A stretch of 64,000 nt of DNA from a virus (lineage: Duplodnaviria; Caudoviricetes), in IMG/VR virus record IMGVR_UViG_3300049472_000168, positions 1 to 64,000 of that record. One strand, written 5' to 3'. Positions 9,619 to 17,659 of this stretch are shown here, piece by piece. A program made the position numbers and the translations under genes. The first letter of the stretch is position 1. Each line of letters opens with the position of its first letter. The notes under the pieces were generated by a model that saw nothing but the letters and a program-made list of their open reading frames with translations, was not told the origin of the DNA and searched no databases.

Positions 9619-10295
9619 CCCAATTGCCTTTGGAGTTCAAGACATTCATATCTATCCTGAAGTCTATCCGAGGCCAGATCTATTGATCTGTCCGATATAT
9701 CGCATCCGGCATATTCCCTACCGAGGTCCAGGGCTGCGACTCCAACGGAGGCAGACCCCATGAATGGATTCACTACGAGTTCACCGGGTCTAGAACTTTG
9801 GTCAATTAGAACCTTGGTGAGCCCAACAGGCTTCTCCGTGGGGTATCCTCCTCTGACTCTCTTGAAGGTCAGGATATCTGGGATCCCTAAGTTGTTCAGC
9901 TTGCGCTTGCCCTTCTCGAAGAAGAGGATACATTCGTAACGGGCCCTGTAATGATATCCCATTCCTAGGGAAACTTTGTCCCATATAATTGGTTTCCAGA
10001 ATTTGAAGCCACAGGCCTCTGCGATGGGCTTGACGACAAACATGGTTTCCTGGTCACAGAACATATAGAAGTGGGTATTCTTCTTCAGGACTCTGTAGAT
10101 TTCTGGGAGGAGTTCCTGGAACCTAGAATTCGGAAAGATCTCAAACCAGTTATCGAGTCTGGTCGTGGTTCCTATAGCACGATGTTTTTCGAGACTTTCA
10201 TATGCGGGGTCGGTTATAACTAAATCAACAGACTCCGAAGACATCGATTTGAGGAACTCGACGCAGTCCTCTTTATGGATTGACCACGGCTTCAT
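9609..10295 (-). CDS. DNA N6-adenine/N4-cytosine methyltransferase (beta class)
   Basis: DLVITDPAY, YPTEKP, NPFMGSAS; start chosen at ATGA overlap (10295). Confidence 0.88.
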   Translation of the reverse strand: MKPWSIHKEDCVEFLKSMSSESVDLVITDPAYESLEKHRAIGTTTRLDNWFEIFPNSRFQELLPEIYRVLKKNTHFYMFCDQETMFVVKPIAEACGFKFWKPIIWDKVSLGMGYHYRARYECILFFEKGKRKLNNLGIPDILTFKRVRGGYPTEKPVGLTKVLIDQSSRPGELVVNPFMGSASVGVAALDLGREYAGCDISDRSIDLASDRLQDRYECLELQRQLGCR

Positions 10296-10474
10296 CGATT
10301 GGGATTTTCCAGATGGTCGATTCTGTAGCAAAGAGTTTTTATTTCGGTACGGAGGCTTTCTATCATGGCCAACTGCCATCTCAGTACTCTCAATGTTTTG
10401 GCGTGTTCGTCATGAATCGTGCAGGCATCAAGCTGGTCGATCCCTAGCCACTTACGAAGAAAAGGTTTTAGCAT
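10292..10474 (-). CDS. Hypothetical small protein
   Basis: Fills gap between dnaB and methylase with coupled ends. Confidence 0.5.
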   Translation of the reverse strand: MLKPFLRKWLGIDQLDACTIHDEHAKTLRVLRWQLAMIESLRTEIKTLCYRIDHLENPNR

Positions 10475-11941
10475 TTATTCGACTTCCGAGATATCCGAAA
10501 TCAGGTGGCTCTGCTTCGCCCAGTACGGAGGTCTGTCCGTATTGGGTGTCCACTTGGTCTCAGAAAAGTTTAACCTGCCGACGGCATACTTGTCAAGGTA
10601 ACTGCCGAGGTTGCGGTCGTAAAATGCCATCCCAACGGTCCCGGTTCTGGACCCGTCTAGACGGAATTTGGCGATCCTCATAAATGTAGGGAGCCCTCCC
10701 TCGTATCCTAGGTCGGTGGCTGTAAAATTCCGACACGGTGCCAGCATCAGGCAGGTAGTCGCGATTTTGGTGATCTCAGAGCTGCCATGGAAATCGTCGA
10801 GTTCTGGGACCAGGGTCTTTGCAGATCCCTTCTTGAGATGGGCGATACAGATAATTGGAACCCCCAGGACTAGGGTAAGATGTCTCAGCTTCTTGACTAG
10901 CCTAGACATCTCGGAATTCTCGTTTGATTTTGAATCCAGATCCACGTAGTGGAGATGGTCCAGGATGATTAGGTCGGAATCCTTGTGGGCCTTGATGATT
11001 TCGCGATCCAAAGTGTCGAGGTCAAAGTCTCCGTTTTTTCGGTAATAGGTCTTCAGTGTCTTGTATTTTTCTTTGATCTCGACATCTGCCTCTGCGTTGA
11101 ATCTACCCAAACTGGCTTCATACATGTTATGACGCCATTCGGCATATCCAAAACTAGCCGAGGCCCCGGGATTCTCTTCGAGGTAGCGATTGACTAAGAT
11201 GCTGTACTTGATGCGTCTTTCGATTTCGAGATTCTCGGCCTCCAGGAAGAAGGCAGATACCCTGACTCCAAGGCTGGCATTATGCTTGGCAATGATTTTG
11301 GCGATTTCGGTCTTACCTACCCCCGTCTTTGCTCCGATTACGATTAGATCCTTCTTTGCGATCTTAATCAGGGCATCATCTAGAAAGCTGACACCATATC
11401 CTAGGGAGGTTTTTGCTTCTTCGGCTCGTTCCTCTGACTCCGAATCAATCCGAGTTGCCATCGATTCCATGCGGTCGATGCCGTCAGAACCAAAGTCAAA
11501 CTTCTGGAGCTGGACAGCCCCTGATTCCCAGAGGTCATATGCTTTGTCGTGGAGCCCTTTGTTGTAGGCCTCACCGATTTGGGTCGCCTGTTGGACAACA
11601 AATCTAGACTTCGCCCAGTCCTGAAGTTTGGCCTGGAGGATATCTAGACCGATCTGAGTCGCAGATGTCGCAAATTTCTGGAAGGCCTTGGCTTGAGCAG
11701 GACCGTCGATTGAATCCGCAGCAATTACGAAGGCCTCAATTTCCTTGAGCCTAGGAGGTCTTTTATATGCTTTCCGGAATTTTTGGATCTGGTCGAAGGC
11801 CTCGGACAAAACAGCAGACTTGAACCAGGCCTTGTCTACGCCGATATCGTCGAGGCGACCCCAGAGGTCCGGAACTTCTAAGGTATGTCCTAGGAGTGCT
11901 TCCTGGTGGAAGACGCTGAATTCTTTTTTTTCAGGAGTCAC
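10475..11941 (-). CDS. dnaB: DnaB-like replicative helicase
   Basis: Walker A GAKTGVGKT, FFLE, LIILDHLH, GSSEITKIA. Confidence 0.88.
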   Translation of the reverse strand: MTPEKKEFSVFHQEALLGHTLEVPDLWGRLDDIGVDKAWFKSAVLSEAFDQIQKFRKAYKRPPRLKEIEAFVIAADSIDGPAQAKAFQKFATSATQIGLDILQAKLQDWAKSRFVVQQATQIGEAYNKGLHDKAYDLWESGAVQLQKFDFGSDGIDRMESMATRIDSESEERAEEAKTSLGYGVSFLDDALIKIAKKDLIVIGAKTGVGKTEIAKIIAKHNASLGVRVSAFFLEAENLEIERRIKYSILVNRYLEENPGASASFGYAEWRHNMYEASLGRFNAEADVEIKEKYKTLKTYYRKNGDFDLDTLDREIIKAHKDSDLIILDHLHYVDLDSKSNENSEMSRLVKKLRHLTLVLGVPIICIAHLKKGSAKTLVPELDDFHGSSEITKIATTCLMLAPCRNFTATDLGYEGGLPTFMRIAKFRLDGSRTGTVGMAFYDRNLGSYLDKYAVGRLNFSETKWTPNTDRPPYWAKQSHLISDISEVE

Positions 11942-12402
11942 TGATTCCCTTCGAGACCATCGTTGTCTCCTACGATAGAAAACATTGTGGCCTTGTCAAT
12001 AGGTCTACAGGTTATTGCGAGTTCTTCAAAACAAGATGCCTTCAGAACATTACCTTCTCTACGGGTCGTGAAACCTCCTATACCAAAACCAAGACGGATA
12101 ACGTTGTCTCGAATAAAGGAAGTGAGTCTTTCGTCACCGTCATTCAGTCTACAGGTAACATAAATAAACGGATTACATTCAGTCTTGTTCCAATACATCC
12201 GTTGGCGGTCATTTTCGCAGTCTGAGAGAGTCAGGATCTTTTTGAGGTATGTGAGCCGACCAACAACAGCATCGTCCCTGTACTCCCATTTAAGAGGGAT
12301 CCCATCATTCCTGTTTATTTTGTGGCAGTCTACTCCTTCGATATCTAGGATTTCTCCAGAACGATCAATACACTGCGACGCAGCGATACCATCAACTGTC
12401 AT
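11938..12402 (-). CDS. Stand-alone paralog of the prohead protease domain, putative catalytic residues substituted
   Basis: Near-identical stretches to 52327 ORF N-terminus (AASQCID.SGEILDIEGVDC; SDCENDRQRMYW; NPFIYVTCRL). Confidence 0.8.
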   Translation of the reverse strand: MTVDGIAASQCIDRSGEILDIEGVDCHKINRNDGIPLKWEYRDDAVVGRLTYLKKILTLSDCENDRQRMYWNKTECNPFIYVTCRLNDGDERLTSFIRDNVIRLGFGIGGFTTRREGNVLKASCFEELAITCRPIDKATMFSIVGDNDGLEGNQ

Positions 12403-12416
12403 CTGTCTCCTTATTA

Positions 12417-12701
12417 CTACAGGGTTTTGTGATTGATGTCAATTGTGGCTTCGCAGAATCGGCCACCGGCAAAACAACGGGATCTGGTTTCTTGTTCCCG
12501 GAATAGCCCTGCCTTCCTCGCATACTCTACAGGCACTACTCGGAAGTTTCCTGGGGCACCTCCTATTTTGCTGAAGAAGTCCATTGCTCCAGAAACAGTG
12601 TCTTCAAATACTAGAGGACCGCAGCCGCTGTCCCAGACTCGACGATTAGTTGGAGATACAGGCTCCAGATACTCGATGACAACCCAGGTACTTGTATTCA
12701 T
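12417..12701 (-). CDS. Hypothetical protein
   Basis: Packed ORF. Confidence 0.5.
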   Translation of the reverse strand: MNTSTWVVIEYLEPVSPTNRRVWDSGCGPLVFEDTVSGAMDFFSKIGGAPGNFRVVPVEYARKAGLFREQETRSRCFAGGRFCEATIDINHKTL

Positions 12702-12982
12702 GGATTTTTAATTGACTTGGTCTGCTGGCAGGCTGGATATCTAGCCATTGCGGCCTCTGCATCTTCATATTTATCGAATTTCCCCAAGGTAACATCAGGT
12801 TTCCATGGAATATAAGCAGTTACCTCAGTCTTGGTACCAGAGTAGTCTAGTGTCAAATAGCAGTTTTTAATTTGATAGTCTGCCAACACTACTTGCCATG
12901 ACCCATATAGGAGTAAAGTCACCAATCCAAAGACCAGCAGGGCTATGGAAGAAAGAAAGATTTTGTCTACTATTTTCTGCAT
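12698..12982 (-). CDS. Hypothetical membrane protein
   Basis: One TM segment IFLSSIALLVFGLVTLLLYG. Confidence 0.55.
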   Translation of the reverse strand: MQKIVDKIFLSSIALLVFGLVTLLLYGSWQVVLADYQIKNCYLTLDYSGTKTEVTAYIPWKPDVTLGKFDKYEDAEAAMARYPACQQTKSIKNP

Positions 12983-12992
12983 TGTAACTTTT

Positions 12993-13949
12993 TCAGTGGA
13001 ACGGGTTAACAAAATATCCAGGATGAACCCTGGGAGACTCCATAATTGAGGCAGTTGCCTCATCAAGAGGCATAGCTCCTAAATCCTTGTAGATCCTCGT
13101 GTTGACCAGATAGGTTTCGTAGTCATGGAAGGTGTCAATTAGCTTTGTGATCTCAGTATGGGCGTCGGGGTCCAGGGCGATGTAGACTGACTTGACTCCA
13201 GAATTCTTGATGACCTCGATCTGTCCTTTGTTTATGGTTTTACCCATAGTTGCGACGTTGCCGCCAATAAAATGGGCTTTCAGCGCATCTATGGGTCCCT
13301 CACCGATAACTGCGGATTCTGCTGATACCAATCTGTTCTGGAACATTACGACCCGTGACCTTGGCATCCCTGGAGTTGACAGTTTCTCCAGGAACCTCGG
13401 AACTACTCCTGTTGCCCTCTCCTGCCAGCCGACGAGGAGTTCTCCCACATATACAGGAAAAACAACGGCGGTGGTATCCAGATTATATCTGATACCGTAT
13501 TCCATGGCAATTCCTAAAGGGATGCCTCGATTCTGTTCCAGATATTTTCTGCCCCGAACCGCAGATTTTTGATCCAGAGGAACGATATGAAGTGGCCAGA
13601 CCAGATCTGGAAGCGGACCTTCCTCTTCGGAATCTTCTTCTTCCTCAGTTCTGAATCCGAAGAGGACCTCTGAGGTCCCCTTAGGAGCCAGGTCGGTATA
13701 TATCAGGGATCTGACTTCATCAATTGGGATCCCTGCGATTTCCGCCAGTGCTTTTTCTGGCCTCCCTCCGAAACCATCGGATTCAGCACACACCCAGCAT
13801 TTAAACTGGGTACCGTCTCGATACATCCAGAGCTTGTCAGATTTCAGACATCGTGGACAGTCAAATACGTAACTCGACGTAGTCGTCTTGTAACTGAGTC
13901 CACGCTCCTGAATGAATGTCTTCAGGAGCGTGGGGTCTGCCGCTCTCAT
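12993..13949 (-). CDS. DNA primase (Zn-binding + TOPRIM)
   Basis: CPRC..CWVC Zn site, YL..RGI, EGPIDAL, IALDPDA, KDLG. Confidence 0.88.
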   Translation of the reverse strand: MRAADPTLLKTFIQERGLSYKTTTSSYVFDCPRCLKSDKLWMYRDGTQFKCWVCAESDGFGGRPEKALAEIAGIPIDEVRSLIYTDLAPKGTSEVLFGFRTEEEEDSEEEGPLPDLVWPLHIVPLDQKSAVRGRKYLEQNRGIPLGIAMEYGIRYNLDTTAVVFPVYVGELLVGWQERATGVVPRFLEKLSTPGMPRSRVVMFQNRLVSAESAVIGEGPIDALKAHFIGGNVATMGKTINKGQIEVIKNSGVKSVYIALDPDAHTEITKLIDTFHDYETYLVNTRIYKDLGAMPLDEATASIMESPRVHPGYFVNPFH

Positions 13950-15569
13950 CTAGCTCCTGGAGAAGTCTGAGATGATCTGAGGTGTAGAGGTATCGAATCC
14001 ACAGATATCCATCATACCGGCATCGTCAGGATTCGCAATAGAGAATTTCGTTGCCGAAGTCGCGATTACTACCAATTTGGCTGGGATCCCAGTCTTTTGG
14101 CGATAATTCTCGATTTCCTTAGAGGCGTGGCGACCAGTATTGGTCTCGTTGTCGGTGTAGACGCAGAAGGTGTCTACGGCCACTTTATTTTTTGCTGCCC
14201 ACTGCATCGGTAGCGAGCAGTCTGTAGCACCGAAAGCGTTATTATGGCATTTTTCCATGGCATCGGACAGACTCATCCCAGGACGAATCTTAAGATCCCG
14301 GAAGGTGTCGGCAAAACCCATGATGTGGTGATTCTGTTCTACGGCTGCCGTAACCATAGACATTGCAGCGGTGGCTTCGTAAGGCCTAATCGGCATCCCT
14401 GCGATACTGTCGGAAGTCATAGACCCCGAAACATCCAGGGCCAGAAGAGTATTCTTCCCCGTCGGCTCCACAGCACCGAAGCTGAGGTAAAAAGCGTCAT
14501 CCAGTGCCTGGACCACACCTTGATCCGGAGTCCAGACCAGGCTTCCTTTAACCCCATGACCGCTGCTGTAGGTCTTCAAGGCAACCAAGACCTGAAGAGG
14601 ATGGACCCTGCCCTTCTTCAAGACCTCCAGGTCGGTGAGCTTGGCTTTGGCCATCTTCTGAGCCGCTGACATCGGCTTGATCAGTCCGATTTCAGTCATC
14701 TTGCCGAGATTTCGGATTAAAGCCGTAGGTCCCATAGCAGGAAGCATGGCAGCCCAGACCTCGGGGTAATTCCGCATCTCTGATGGGATACATTCATGAG
14801 GAAGCTGGTAGGTATCGATGAGCTTGACCAGTTCTTTGACATCCGACTTGGTCTTCATCTGCTTGGCTCGCTCGAAGGCCCAGATCATTTGTAGATCTGA
14901 ATTAGGATGAGGGACCTCGCCTACACTATCCCAACCCTTCATGACCCAGTGCATTACCTCTTTTTGGGAAGCATCCAACTCGTGGTGGACTCCGGGGTGG
15001 GCCAGACGCAGGGCAGTCTTGTGGTTTTCTCCGTTTCGGTTCTGGTACTTTGCCACCTGATAGGCGAATTGTTTCGCCGGGCGATCCATATACCAGCGTG
15101 TGATGGCTCGCATAAATCCGGAACCGAAGCCTCCGAGTTCACGGACTGCTGAGATGTACTGAAGGATATGGGTTCCAGTACGGCAAACCTTGGGGAGGAC
15201 AGAATACGCCATTGCTCGGGTCTCCGGAGACTTCGCCAGCTTAGACGCCATAGCCAATGCAAAAATTGCGGGATCGTTCTTTGGAGCCCGACCACCATCG
15301 CTGATTTCGACGATTGTTTTGATCGTACGCGCCGGGTCTGATTCCAGACACCGCAGGACACAGGCCGCATTCTCTTTGGTCAGCTTCTTTTCGCCAACGT
15401 AATAGGTGCCACCCTCAGAGCCTAGGACTAAGAATCGATTCAGTCGAGCCCAGTCATCAACTTGGAAGACGAAGCCTCCTGTATTGTTGAGGACCTGCTC
15501 TGTGGCAGCCTTGATCTTGACTGAGGTGTTCTTATTGGTTTTTGTCGTCACATGTTTGGCGTATTGCAT
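13950..15569 (-). CDS. rsr: Ro60 / TROVE-domain RNA-binding protein (TROVE + vWA)
   Basis: NNTGGFVF..RLNRFLVLGSEGGTYY, KYQNRNG..H..LRLAHP, ALIRNLGKMT, RVHPL, LLALDVSGSM, GATDCSLPM, YTDNET, GFD. Confidence 0.96.
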   Translation of the reverse strand: MQYAKHVTTKTNKNTSVKIKAATEQVLNNTGGFVFQVDDWARLNRFLVLGSEGGTYYVGEKKLTKENAACVLRCLESDPARTIKTIVEISDGGRAPKNDPAIFALAMASKLAKSPETRAMAYSVLPKVCRTGTHILQYISAVRELGGFGSGFMRAITRWYMDRPAKQFAYQVAKYQNRNGENHKTALRLAHPGVHHELDASQKEVMHWVMKGWDSVGEVPHPNSDLQMIWAFERAKQMKTKSDVKELVKLIDTYQLPHECIPSEMRNYPEVWAAMLPAMGPTALIRNLGKMTEIGLIKPMSAAQKMAKAKLTDLEVLKKGRVHPLQVLVALKTYSSGHGVKGSLVWTPDQGVVQALDDAFYLSFGAVEPTGKNTLLALDVSGSMTSDSIAGMPIRPYEATAAMSMVTAAVEQNHHIMGFADTFRDLKIRPGMSLSDAMEKCHNNAFGATDCSLPMQWAAKNKVAVDTFCVYTDNETNTGRHASKEIENYRQKTGIPAKLVVIATSATKFSIANPDDAGMMDICGFDTSTPQIISDFSRS

Positions 15570-15609
15570 TGTTTTCCTCTTCGTTTTGGGTTCCAGATCT
15601 GGAACGATG

Positions 15610-15737
15610 TGGAGAAGGATGGAATTGCACCACCGCTATCAGCTTGGATAAGATAATTATCTTCGCGGGGTCCGTGAAGGACAAAGATTTGAAGACAACG
15701 ATTTTGTGCCGACGTGCTACTACTACACAACTTCTCC
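15610..15737 (-). ncRNA. tRNA-shaped Y-RNA-like element A
   Basis: Acceptor GGAGAAG/CUUCUCC-A; D arm GUGU-AGUAGUA-GCAC; stem UCGGC/GCUGA enclosing a ~65-nt Y module; T arm GGUGG-UGCAAUU-CCAUC. Confidence 0.8.
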
Positions 15738-15746
15738 TAAAGTACC

Positions 15747-15813
15747 GCACCCCGCCCCGTATCGGAACCGATATTGGGAAACTACACACCCTTTAAAAGA
15801 TGTGCGGAGGTGC
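15747..15813 (-). ncRNA. Three-way-junction structured element within the ncRNA array
   Basis: GCACC../..GGUGC closing stem with hairpins GCACAUCUUU/AAAGGGUGUGU and UAUCGG/CCGAUA. Confidence 0.45.
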
Positions 15814-15815
15814 TA

Positions 15816-15875
15816 ACGAAATGCAAAGCCCGCCAGGGTTTGTAACCTGCTAAGGAGTCGAACCTTAGATTTCGC
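15816..15875 (-). ncRNA. Permuted (YrlA-like order) tRNA-mimic fragment
   Basis: GCGAAAU/AUUUCGU stem enclosing T arm CUAAGG-UUCGACU-CCUUAG, then a loop-closed acceptor-like hairpin CAGGUU-ACA-AACCCUG. Confidence 0.55.
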
Positions 15876-15877
15876 TG

Positions 15878-15996
15878 TCGCGACCGCTGGAATCGAACCA
15901 GCTCTACTATCTCCAAAAGATAACCGCCTTCAGTTGGGTCCTTGCGGACAAAAATCGAAGCCGGGTTTAAGTGTGCTACCGTTACACTACGTCGCG
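15878..15996 (-). ncRNA. tRNA-shaped Y-RNA-like element B
   Basis: Acceptor CGCGAC/GUCGCG-A; D arm GUGU-AACGGUA-GCAC; T arm GCUGG-UUCGAUU-CCAGC; Y module with GUCC-GCAA-GGAC at the anticodon position. Confidence 0.8.
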
Positions 15997-16000
15997 TAAA

Positions 16001-16057
16001 GAGGACAAAATCGATGCCGGTGTTTTCTAAGCATGATAAACCGACATCAGGGTCCTC
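16001..16057 (-). ncRNA. Minimal free-standing Y-RNA-like element D
   Basis: GAGGAC-CC-UGAUGUCGGU-UUAUC-loop-ACCGGCAUCG-AUUUU-GUCCUC; same module as A/B/C in non-permuted order. Confidence 0.75.
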
Positions 16058-16058
16058 C

Positions 16059-16191
16059 GGTGGAGATGGTTGGACTTGCACCAACGTCCTCGTCTTTACA
16101 ATGAGATAACTATCTTCGATTGGGTCCAAAAAGTTAAATGGACAAAAATTTGAAGACAGATTTTCGCGCTCTGCTACTGAGCTACATCCCC
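16059..16191 (-). ncRNA. tRNA-shaped Y-RNA-like element C (Ala-like acceptor)
   Basis: Acceptor GGGGAUG/CAUCUCC-A-CC; D arm GCUC-AGUAGCA-GAGC; T arm GUUGG-UGCAAGU-CCAAC; Y module insert. Confidence 0.8.
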
Positions 16192-16220
16192 GGATGGCAA
16201 GTATTTCCTGCCATTTGTCT

Positions 16221-16249
16221 AACCTAAACTATTTGATGGATTTTGTCAA
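16221..16249 (-). promoter_or_regulatory. sigma70-type promoter for the Y-RNA array and rsr
   Basis: TTGACA-17 nt-TAGGTT, ~30 nt upstream of element C. Confidence 0.7.
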
Positions 16250-16519
16250 GTCTTTTATTGTTTGGATGATATAACAGATGTCTTTTTCTTCTCCGACTTC
16301 TTTTTCTGAAGACCAAGAGAAATCGATACAATAATTGTCAGACCCCATGCAATCTCCTGCTGGAGAAAAGAATACCGGGATCTTGTCCCATTGTTCCTTT
16401 TCGACACATTTTTTCACATGGTCTAGAACAGAGATAAGATGCTCTTTGAGAGCTTTCTTTTGTTGAGCAGCTAAATTAGCTGGAGTAGTCTCCAATAATG
16501 TCTCAAGAGGATTTTTCAT
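16229..16519 (-). CDS. Hypothetical protein
   Basis: ORF downstream of recA. Confidence 0.55.
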   Translation of the reverse strand: MKNPLETLLETTPANLAAQQKKALKEHLISVLDHVKKCVEKEQWDKIPVFFSPAGDCMGSDNYCIDFSWSSEKEVGEEKDICYIIQTIKDLTKSIK

Positions 16520-16531
16520 TTTTACACAATA

Positions 16532-17659
16532 TCAGGAATTCATCATGGCGTCAACATCTTCCGAAACCTCGGAAGCAGCGACCTCGGTAATAATACGCTT
16601 TTCTTTCTCGGCCTGGAGCAGGCCTTTGACGATGTAGGCCTGGAGTTCAGCGGACTCCTCCAGTGCCTTGAGACAGGCAGGTTTACCATTAAACTTCAAA
16701 CCATTTACGATGTAGGTTGCCTGGTTCGGCCTCTCGATGAGGCCCCATCGCACACCGAGGTCGAAGACCTCTTCGTGCTGGTTGATGACGCCCCGCTTGT
16801 AGTCAAGAGTAAATTCTCCGGTCCTACCAGCAACACCTACAGAAGACTTCTGCATCCAGACCGTGACTTTGTGGCCCGTGATATCGGCGGAATCACTGAT
16901 ATCCTTCTTCGATTCGTCCTCGAAGCTGCGTCCCAGCGCATCGACGCGGCCTTTCTTGTTCTTGTTACGTTCGACGTGGATGAAATATTCGCAGTGATGC
17001 TGGACACCGAAGCTAACAGCAGCTTTGGTTTTGTTGCCTCGCTTCTGTTCCAACATGTCCATCTCGGCTCGTTGCTGAGCGGTGACGATCAAAGCGATAT
17101 TATGGCGTCTTTGGATCGGTAGGATTCGTTTCATTCCGATCTGAACCGTCTGGGCGTGGTCTCCAATGGTGTAGTTCTCCACGGAATCGGACTCTGCCTC
17201 GCGTCTGCCCTGGATACCGTTGATGCTATCAATGATAGCGAGCTTAATCGGAGCCCCATCGGCTACCAGGGCACCGATTTTGTCGCTAAATGTATCGAAG
17301 ACCTCTCCCGGCCTATTGGCCTCGAAGACAATCAGGCGATCCAAATCGACACCGAAGGATTCGGCAATCTCTGGAGTCAACTGGCCATCGCTACGGAACT
17401 CGGTGTCAAATTTGACGACAATGGCCTCAGGATCTGATCTATGAAGCTGGCCAATGGTGGCATTGGTGAGTAGCGACTTACCGCCTCCTGGAGGGCCCCA
17501 GAGCAAGACGGAGTAGCCCAGGGGAAGACCATGGGTGTTGCCGAAGATGAAATTGACGCTAGGACTAGGAGTCCTAATGACATTTGTGAAGCGGTCGTAG
17601 TCATTCTTGACGACGCCTTCGAGATTTCGGAGCTTAGTTAACCATTTATTTGTTGCCAT
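16532..17659 (-). CDS. recA: RecA/UvsX-like recombinase
   Basis: GLPLG, Walker A GPPGGGKS, FDTE, FGVDLDRL, IIDSI. Confidence 0.9.
   Translation of the reverse strand: MATNKWLTKLRNLEGVVKNDYDRFTNVIRTPSPSVNFIFGNTHGLPLGYSVLLWGPPGGGKSLLTNATIGQLHRSDPEAIVVKFDTEFRSDGQLTPEIAESFGVDLDRLIVFEANRPGEVFDTFSDKIGALVADGAPIKLAIIDSINGIQGRREAESDSVENYTIGDHAQTVQIGMKRILPIQRRHNIALIVTAQQRAEMDMLEQKRGNKTKAAVSFGVQHHCEYFIHVERNKNKKGRVDALGRSFEDESKKDISDSADITGHKVTVWMQKSSVGVAGRTGEFTLDYKRGVINQHEEVFDLGVRWGLIERPNQATYIVNGLKFNGKPACLKALEESAELQAYIVKGLLQAEKEKRIITEVAASEVSEDVDAMMNS

Noticed and set aside
11938-12402. Diversity-generating retroelement TR/VR pair with 52327
   Set aside because: Differences are not adenine-specific, include indels, and no reverse transcriptase is in the window
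15590-15605. 16-bp perfect palindrome GTTCCAGATCTGGAAC before rsr
   Set aside because: Single occurrence; could be an operator or a 5' stabilising hairpin, but there is no independent support
15532-16129. ORFs 15532..15789, 15542..15796 and 15782..16129
   Set aside because: They overlap the structured RNA array, have no RBS or recognisable motifs, and the sequence is explained by RNA structure
15610-16191. Ordinary tRNAs or intron-containing tRNAs
   Set aside because: Inserts are far too short for group I introns, no anticodon loop is restored by excision, and the same module occurs free-standing
16059-16191. tmRNA
   Set aside because: Ala-type acceptor, but only ~130 nt, with a full D stem and no tag reading frame or pseudoknots
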